In this document: positions 57,794-64,000 of the stretch, piece after piece | Layout: every line of letters starts with the position of its first letter | Numbering within the stretch: the stretch's first letter is position 1 | Source of the DNA: Bacteriovoracaceae bacterium | GTDB taxonomy: Bacteria; Bdellovibrionota; Bacteriovoracia; Bacteriovoracales; Bacteriovoracaceae | Direction of reading: 5' to 3' | DNA length: 64,000 bases | Assembly: GCA_965217035.1 (NCBI GenBank) | Contig: OZ244226.1 | Coordinates: forward strand, 186,001-250,000 | Translations under genes and position numbers: made by a program | The notes under the pieces: generated by a model | Told to the model about the DNA's origin: nothing | What the model saw: only the letters and a program-made list of their open reading frames with translations | Databases searched by the model: none

Positions 57794-58940
57794 CCTTTAA
57801 TTCTTTTTTTAATAACCAGCTGCGCTTCTGTCGATTCATTGTTTGAAAGATATTGACTAACGAAGCTTCTTTAAGTTTTGGCCCTTCCGTTCTGTTTAAT
57901 CCGATAAAATATTGATTAAAAAGACTCATTAAACTTTTAGCCCCAGTCGCCTCTTCAACTGAAGCTTTGAAGTTAAAAGGTTTTCTTTGAACTTCCGCTA
58001 AATAATGATCTTGTAAACTTTTAGCAGCAAAAGTTTGATTCATCCCCTTCATTTTTTTGATAAACTTTTCGATAAAAATTTCTCTCGCCTTGAGAAATGT
58101 AGAAAAACTTTTCATATAAATTTTATATTCTATGATTCCTAAGTCGTTAGTATGAATTTTAGCTTCTTTTTTTAGAACCTTATACCAATTACCATTTTTC
58201 ATATCAACTTCCTTATACTGAATCATTGGTAAGTATGATTTCATTTTATTTGAAGGGAATTTAATCCCTTTGAAATCATTACGTGAACCAACAATGGCCC
58301 CATCACCAATTAAGTAAATAAAGTCAATTGGACGTGATTTTGATTGAATAATAAAATTTGGAGAATGAATTGTGTAATATTGTTCCGTTATAGAAAATAC
58401 TTCGTTATTTTTATTCAAAAAATTCTGTAAATTCTTCAGTCTAAATTCAATGAACTTATCAGATTTCATATCCAGAATAATATCTTTCTGAGTTTCATTA
58501 AACAGGTAAAGATCCCAGAAAGCGTTTGCCTCAACTTCAAACAGAGGAAAAAGTTCTCTGAAAGAATCAATTTCAATAGATTTTATTTCTCTTGTTCTCG
58601 GTAAAGCAAAAACATGACCACGATGAACTTCAATTGCCAAATGCGAAGATTTTTCATTGAAATTGACCTTTAGCTCTTTAATCTCAATAAGAGAATCAGG
58701 CGCTAATCGCAGAAGAGAGCCCTCATAAAGAAAAAGCCATAAACTAGAATTTTTTGAAGTCTTTAAGGTTTCTTTTAGTTTCACTGGCCTGCCAAAAGAC
58801 AATCGCCGATTATATTGCTTGGTTTCTTGTTCACATCTTCCATAGCAATCTAGGACAATTCCTACCTCAGCTGACGCAGAAGCAGTCTCAGGGTTAAAAT
58901 AAAAGAGGAATGATCCAAGAAAAATGATTTTCAAAACCAT
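57720..58940 (-). CDS. Secreted protein with N-terminal FecR-like domain
   Basis: Signal peptide; TLKTSKNSSLWL...GSLLRLAPDSLIEI. Confidence 0.6.
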   Translation of the reverse strand: MVLKIIFLGSFLFYFNPETASASAEVGIVLDCYGRCEQETKQYNRRLSFGRPVKLKETLKTSKNSSLWLFLYEGSLLRLAPDSLIEIKELKVNFNEKSSHLAIEVHRGHVFALPRTREIKSIEIDSFRELFPLFEVEANAFWDLYLFNETQKDIILDMKSDKFIEFRLKNLQNFLNKNNEVFSITEQYYTIHSPNFIIQSKSRPIDFIYLIGDGAIVGSRNDFKGIKFPSNKMKSYLPMIQYKEVDMKNGNWYKVLKKEAKIHTNDLGIIEYKIYMKSFSTFLKAREIFIEKFIKKMKGMNQTFAAKSLQDHYLAEVQRKPFNFKASVEEATGAKSLMSLFNQYFIGLNRTEGPKLKEASLVNIFQTMNRQKRSWLLKKELKDVGEQNRKILIDFGKSKSKKKRTF

Positions 58941-58951
58941 GCTTTGATTTT

Positions 58952-59593
58952 ATGCGATTTTCAATAAAACTGGCCATCTCCTTATGCTTCTCTCTCCTAT
59001 CTTCTTGCCAAGGACAAAAGGATTCTATAGAAGTCATCAAGGCAGATTCTAAAAAAAGAGACTCTTATTACCATCCTTTCAACGGGCTAAAGCAAAGCAA
59101 AGATTGTTTAAAGGATCGGTTTCAAAAATACCCAGAAGGAAATCAAATTGGTGGCATCAAGACCTGCTTGAAAAAAGATGGAGATAACCATGTCTATTTT
59201 ATTCAATTTGAAAAAGATGGGAAAGATCCAATCTGCTTCCTCCCAATGACCTATTATAAAGATAGAACTAAAGAATATATTGGCGATCCGGTTTGTATTG
59301 AACAAAAGAAAGGACAAACTTTTAAAGTCCGTCTTAGGAAAAATCGAGAGGGAGTAAACCAAAAAGGTGATAAATTCTCAGAACAAAAATTAAATGCCCT
59401 GTTCGTTGTTAAAGATTATCGAGATGCTTTAAATCAGTTTCATTGTTGTTCTAATTCTGATTATTATAATGAACCAGGAACAGGTTATCCATTCCCCCGT
59501 TGTACCTACGAATACAAAATTAATATCTGTTCAGAATTTCTTTTAAATTATAAAGGGAATTATATTCATCGTCTTAATTATTTAATTAAGTGA
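58952..59593 (+). CDS. Cys-rich lipoprotein, hypothetical
   Basis: LSSC lipobox. Confidence 0.65.
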   Translation: MRFSIKLAISLCFSLLSSCQGQKDSIEVIKADSKKRDSYYHPFNGLKQSKDCLKDRFQKYPEGNQIGGIKTCLKKDGDNHVYFIQFEKDGKDPICFLPMTYYKDRTKEYIGDPVCIEQKKGQTFKVRLRKNREGVNQKGDKFSEQKLNALFVVKDYRDALNQFHCCSNSDYYNEPGTGYPFPRCTYEYKINICSEFLLNYKGNYIHRLNYLIK

Positions 59594-60481
59594 TTTCTTA
59601 GTCGTGGCATTCCCTTTCTGATGATACAAATAGGTTTTATGATCAGTTGAAGGGTAAGATAAAATAGGGATTAGAACATCCTCTTTCTCTTTTAATCCAG
59701 CATCCTTGGGGTTTAGCTTTAGGCAAACAACATAATAAAAAAATGACTCTTGATTCAAAGAATAGGCTTTTATATTCACGCTAATAGCACGCTTCTCTTC
59801 GTCAATATATTCAAACACTTCATCTGGATCAGTCAATGTTCCTTCTACATAGTTCTCATACAATGCGAATTTCTCAATATCGATGTCGTCGTCCTCGCGT
59901 ATCTCAATCATCTCTGCGACCATCACTGAGCGCATTTGTTCGACTTCATCCATAACAATTCGAGGTAGAATAAGTTCCTCTTTTTTCAAATCCCCAATTG
60001 TTTCAACTGCTTCGTCACTCTTGCGAACTTTCTTACCGGCTCGATAATACTGAGTTAACTCTTCACTTTGAGTAATAACATGATGATAAATAAAAGATGG
60101 TTTATTCGCGAAATATTTTACGATAATGATAACGTTAAACTCTTTATCTTCAATCTCATGAGTCGAATGCAAATAATAATATAATTGACCCAGCTCATCT
60201 CTATCTTCATAAACAAAGGTTGGTTCATCCAAGGTCTCCTCGACGACATGATTAGAGTCTTCAGTCGATAATCCTACATCTTCATCCTCCAATGCTAACT
60301 TTTTTCTAATTTCAGATTCCTGAAGTTCGAAGTGCTTAATATCGAGATCATGATACTGGACGATACACTTTTCTGAGCAAAACGCTTGGGGTCTTGATTC
60401 GTCCACAATATAAGCATCTCCTATATTTTCAATAGAATCGCGGCACTGAGAACAATGATAGGAATACCTTTTTAGTTTCAT
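59582..60481 (-). CDS. Zn-finger protein with two PBECR-like repeats
   Basis: CSQC...FCSEKC; duplicated TL.[ED]P..V[YF]E..DE motif. Confidence 0.55.
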   Translation of the reverse strand: MKLKRYSYHCSQCRDSIENIGDAYIVDESRPQAFCSEKCIVQYHDLDIKHFELQESEIRKKLALEDEDVGLSTEDSNHVVEETLDEPTFVYEDRDELGQLYYYLHSTHEIEDKEFNVIIIVKYFANKPSFIYHHVITQSEELTQYYRAGKKVRKSDEAVETIGDLKKEELILPRIVMDEVEQMRSVMVAEMIEIREDDDIDIEKFALYENYVEGTLTDPDEVFEYIDEEKRAISVNIKAYSLNQESFFYYVVCLKLNPKDAGLKEKEDVLIPILSYPSTDHKTYLYHQKGNATTKKSLN

Positions 60482-60593
60482 TGACTATTATTATCGCATA
60501 AAATAGCAGTAGAGCCTCTTTAGAAAAATCTACCGGATTACCTTCTTGTTTAATCAGAATTTATAATAGATATAGCATTATCATGGAGGGAAA

Positions 60594-60905
60594 GTGTCCG
60601 ACAGCAAAACTCAAGAAAATAGAACTCCTTTGAATTACTATCTTGAATTAGGAAAATTAGGACAATTCCCGTTGTTTTATAAAGACTGGTTAGAGCAAGT
60701 CAATCTCAGTCAGAAAAGAAATAAAAATAAAAAAAATGTTCGCCTTCTAAAAAAGTATTTTAAAAAAATTGAGCGTCATTCCACTCTCGATAAGAAGCGT
60801 GTCGCTATTAGTGCGATGAGCGAAGAGGAAAGAACAGAATTTCTAAATATGTTTTTTTACGCCCTAGAGGAAGAGATTTTAAATAGTGAACATAAGTATC
60901 ATTAA
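60594..60905 (+). CDS. Hypothetical protein
   Basis: GGAGG RBS, GTG start, 103 aa. Confidence 0.65.
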   Translation: MSDSKTQENRTPLNYYLELGKLGQFPLFYKDWLEQVNLSQKRNKNKKNVRLLKKYFKKIERHSTLDKKRVAISAMSEEERTEFLNMFFYALEEEILNSEHKYH

Positions 60906-61191
60906 AATTATTCTATTCTACTTCTTAGCGAGTTCTGCATTTGCAGAGTATAGGGCCTATCAATATATAGTAAGAGATCCATTATATCCTGATATTGAAC
61001 CAACAATAGTGACAAGCGCAACACAGCCTAACCTTTATAAATCCCTTCATGGAAATAACTTAGATATTACGCTTTTAAAGACCTGGATGTGTTACGGATA
61101 TACTTCTCGAAAGAAGACTTGTAATTACCCTTTTGCCGTTTCAACTGAAGAAATTGGAATTAAGGCTAAGGAGGGGCAGAGCGATGAGTAA
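60886..61191 (+). CDS. Small secreted hypothetical protein
   Basis: Signal peptide (SSAFA), WMCYG..C. Confidence 0.6.
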   Translation: MNISIIKIILFYFLASSAFAEYRAYQYIVRDPLYPDIEPTIVTSATQPNLYKSLHGNNLDITLLKTWMCYGYTSRKKTCNYPFAVSTEEIGIKAKEGQSDE

Positions 61192-62377
61192 CGATATCAG
61201 AAATGCAAATCGTCAACACAATCGAGTCAAGAGGCAGATTCATCAACAGCACCAAAAAGAGATTTCTCAATTAAATCGCCAACATAATAAAGAACTTAAA
61301 TTTAAACAAGAATCTCATGATAAAAAAGTACAAGAGCTCAAATCTGATCATCACGTAACTCTTGATGAGACGACGAGATCAAACAATAAAGAAATTCTGG
61401 AAATGCATGCTCACAAAGAGAAACGAATAAGAGAAATGCGTGATCAAGTTACGAAAGAACATGAAGCAGCGGAACAAAAACTTGAATATCTACGAGAATC
61501 GAACCAAAATCAAAGAGCCGATGAACAAGCAAAGCATTCGAATCTTATCAGAAGAGATCGTGCACGCTTTGAAAGAGAGAGAGAAGAAGAGAAATTTCGG
61601 TCAAAAATGGATAATTCTCGTTACAGAACAGAAAAAAATAGAGAAAGAGATCAACTCATTGATACAAAACAAAGAGAAATTGCGGAGGTAAAAGATCGAT
61701 TCGCGAGAAACTACGATAAACTTAATAAAAGTTTAGAAAATCGAATGAACCTCATGAATGAAAAACAAGATTCTGAAATAAAAATGCTCAAACAATCAAA
61801 TCTTGATGAGAGAAAATACGTCATCGATAAAGGTCAAACTGACCTTGATAACCTCAATTCCAATTTCAAAGAAGAGTATACAAAGAACGAGCAAGTCAAT
61901 GCTCAAAAAACAAAAGATCGGCAATCAGAGTTCGAAAGACGTTTCAAAACAATGGAGCAGACTGAGAACTATCGTTTGGGAGAACTTCAAAAGCGCTCCG
62001 ATTTCCATAAGAACCTTGTTCGTAGGGATTTTGCGAAATACCAAGAACACTATACAGACAAAGCAAAAGACCCTTTTTACCGCATGCAACAACTTGATCC
62101 TCGAGTTTTTGAACAGGAGGAAAGCTTCACTGTTGAAATTGCAGTTCCTGAGCATGAAAGAGACTTCTATTTACTCTCTGGAACTGGAAGAACGCTTAGA
62201 CTAACTTTTAACAGAGATTTTAATAATGAATTTGTTGACCGAGATGGTTCAGTACTTAAATCAAAAAAATTCGAATCAGCCACTAAAACTATTCCCTTAT
62301 CAGCTCCAATTAACCGTATGGGGATTACAAAGTCTTACAGAGATGGAGTTGTTAAATTTACCATTCAAAAAGCTTAA
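61184..62377 (+). CDS. Long coiled-coil protein with C-terminal Hsp20/alpha-crystallin-like domain
   Basis: About 300 aa charged helical region; VFEQEESFTVEIAVPE...YRDGVVKFTIQK; AGGAGG RBS before ATG 61184. Confidence 0.65.
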   Translation: MSNDIRNANRQHNRVKRQIHQQHQKEISQLNRQHNKELKFKQESHDKKVQELKSDHHVTLDETTRSNNKEILEMHAHKEKRIREMRDQVTKEHEAAEQKLEYLRESNQNQRADEQAKHSNLIRRDRARFEREREEEKFRSKMDNSRYRTEKNRERDQLIDTKQREIAEVKDRFARNYDKLNKSLENRMNLMNEKQDSEIKMLKQSNLDERKYVIDKGQTDLDNLNSNFKEEYTKNEQVNAQKTKDRQSEFERRFKTMEQTENYRLGELQKRSDFHKNLVRRDFAKYQEHYTDKAKDPFYRMQQLDPRVFEQEESFTVEIAVPEHERDFYLLSGTGRTLRLTFNRDFNNEFVDRDGSVLKSKKFESATKTIPLSAPINRMGITKSYRDGVVKFTIQKA

Positions 62378-62392
62378 TTCTCCCCCTAACAT

Positions 62393-63484
62393 GTGTTTGT
62401 GAAGTTTCTTAAAAGGCCTGTCCTATCTAATTTTATTGCTATTAATGCTGACGAAAAAATTTCAATTCGTCTCAATATGAGCATGTTGAAAAAACCCTAT
62501 GCAGAGAACCTCACCACGAAAGAGATCATTAAACCAACATCCCCCTTGGAGAATCTCGAATTTTTTGAAAAAAATGACTATCGTATAAAAATCGTTGGAA
62601 TGACAGCGCAATCTGAAATTGTCTTGTTTCGTGAATATAATACAGACGAATACGCAATGATTTCCGTTCGTATTCCTAATGCGGTTGGAGACAAACATAT
62701 TACAAGCCTCCAAGTTTATGAGACTAAGTACCATCCTGGTCTTGAACTTTTAATGGGAAGTTTTATTCCCTTGAAACTCAAAGAGCCTAAAAAAATTATT
62801 ATCTCTGACTTTGATAAAACGTTAGTCGACACTCGTTATTCGACAGCCAAGGAACTTATGCATTCCTTAAGAAATCCTATTGATTATTTCCCCACTGTTG
62901 AAAAAAGCTTAGAGCTCGTTAAAGACTTTATCAAAGACGGCCATGGAGCTTTCATTCTTTCAGCCTCTCCTCATTTTTATGAAAAAGCTTTTCGAGATTG
63001 GCTTTATCAAAATGAAATCTATACTAGTAATATTTTCTTAAAAGACTATAGAAAAATTTTCTCTTTCTTTGAATCAGATCTAACGACAAAGGATCTCAAA
63101 TCCCAAGGATTTTATAAACTCAATGAACTGGTTCAAATTATTTTAATGACGGGGATTCCCAATAATCTTGTTCTCGTAGGCGACGGGTTTGAGGCTGATT
63201 CAATGATTTATCTTATCATTCGCTCTGTTCTTATTGAACGGATGGATCCTTGGACTATTTGGAAACAGGTTCGAAGACTTGCTCCTTTTAAACTCACAAG
63301 AAAACAACAAGGAAAACTCCTTACAAATCTTCATCTCTTAGCTTCTCAAAAAGTTCCAAGGGAATTTGAACTAAAAATTTTTATCCGATGTAAAGAGAAC
63401 AATATCCAGGAAATTAGTGAAAGACGATACGAGGTAGGCTTCCTTGATAGGCAAAAACCACATATTTCCTTTTATTCTGCTTAA
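62393..63484 (+). CDS. App1/DUF2183-like HAD phosphatase
   Basis: IISDFDKT, ILSASP, VGDGFEAD. Confidence 0.75.
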   Translation: MFVKFLKRPVLSNFIAINADEKISIRLNMSMLKKPYAENLTTKEIIKPTSPLENLEFFEKNDYRIKIVGMTAQSEIVLFREYNTDEYAMISVRIPNAVGDKHITSLQVYETKYHPGLELLMGSFIPLKLKEPKKIIISDFDKTLVDTRYSTAKELMHSLRNPIDYFPTVEKSLELVKDFIKDGHGAFILSASPHFYEKAFRDWLYQNEIYTSNIFLKDYRKIFSFFESDLTTKDLKSQGFYKLNELVQIILMTGIPNNLVLVGDGFEADSMIYLIIRSVLIERMDPWTIWKQVRRLAPFKLTRKQQGKLLTNLHLLASQKVPREFELKIFIRCKENNIQEISERRYEVGFLDRQKPHISFYSA

Positions 63485-63593
63485 ATTCTCTGAACTCGTA
63501 CATCAAAAAATTGACGCTCCTTTATATATTGCTAGGGTTTTTCTTTTTAGTTCTCTAAACTTTAATTAACTCATTTTTCATCAAGGAGAAGTC

Positions 63594-64000
63594 ATGCAGA
63601 AAAAACTTGCAGCTGAGTTCATTGGAACTTTTTGGCTAGTCTTAGGAGGCTGTGGAAGCGCCGTTATCGCGGCAGGAGTTCCCAATATAGGGATTGGTCT
63701 TCTAGGAGTCTCATTAGCATTTGGTCTTACCGTTCTTACTATGGCCTATGCTATTGGACATATATCAGGCTGCCATCTCAATCCAGCAGTTTCATTAGGC
63801 CTCTTAGTCAGTGGCAGATTTAGTAGGAATGAATTCATTCCTTATGTTATTGCCCAAACACTTGGTGCAATTGTAGGTGCTGGAATTCTTTATGTAATTG
63901 TAACTGGAAAAGCAGGCCTAGGATCTATTGGAGGATTCGCCTCAAATGGTTTTGCTGACCACTCACCTGGAGGCTTCAGCATGATGTCGGGTCTCATTTG
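63594..64000 (+). CDS. aqpZ: Aquaporin Z (partial, runs off the window; not in ORF track)
   Basis: Manual translation [24 protein letters not shown]...[22 protein letters not shown]. Confidence 0.95.
   Translation, partial: MQKKLAAEFIGTFWLVLGGCGSAVIAAGVPNIGIGLLGVSLAFGLTVLTMAYAIGHISGCHLNPAVSLGLLVSGRFSRNEFIPYVIAQTLGAIVGAGILYVIVTGKAGLGSIGGFASNGFADHSPGGFSMMSGLI

Noticed and set aside
60491..60517. sigma28 promoter for the 60481(-) gene (TGCGATAA)
   Set aside because: No acceptable -35 at 15-nt spacing
1162..63823. Numerous short ORFs (60-150 aa) in the track nested in or antisense to long genes
   Set aside because: Shadow ORFs of well-supported CDSs; no RBS or family motifs
63632..63823. 63-aa Arg/Ser-rich ORF
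   Set aside because: Alternative frame inside aqpZ

Overview
Gene-dense, AT-rich bacterial chromosome segment. Gene content points to Bdellovibrionota, probably Bacteriovoracia-like. This placement is inferred from a Bd0055-type histone, many signal-peptide orphan proteins and FliA-like promoters. No rRNA, tRNA, CRISPR array or transposase was recognised. Housekeeping genes include trxB, hemF, dcd, htpX, maf, an mnmD-like gene, mltD, aqpZ and an Rrf2-sufBCDS-nfu operon. Five things stand out. (1) A lipid locus in two convergent arms (CrtI-like/fabG/fabZ/fabI and fabF/ACP/CrtI-like/oleABCD), i.e. a dedicated type II FAS plus two phytoene-desaturase-fold enzymes coupled to head-to-head olefin synthesis. 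(2) A tandem doublet of Bd0055-type bacterial histone folds in one 135-aa protein. (3) Two non-paralogous modules each combining a FecR protein, an outer-membrane beta-barrel and a class III adenylate cyclase, suggesting trans-envelope signalling to cAMP. (4) Secreted enzyme candidates (papain-like, MepA-like, amidoligase-like, flavoprotein), several behind sigma28-like promoters, two apparently leaderless. (5) A 128-nt intergenic rod-like palindrome. All calls are from motif reading by eye; no database searches were run.
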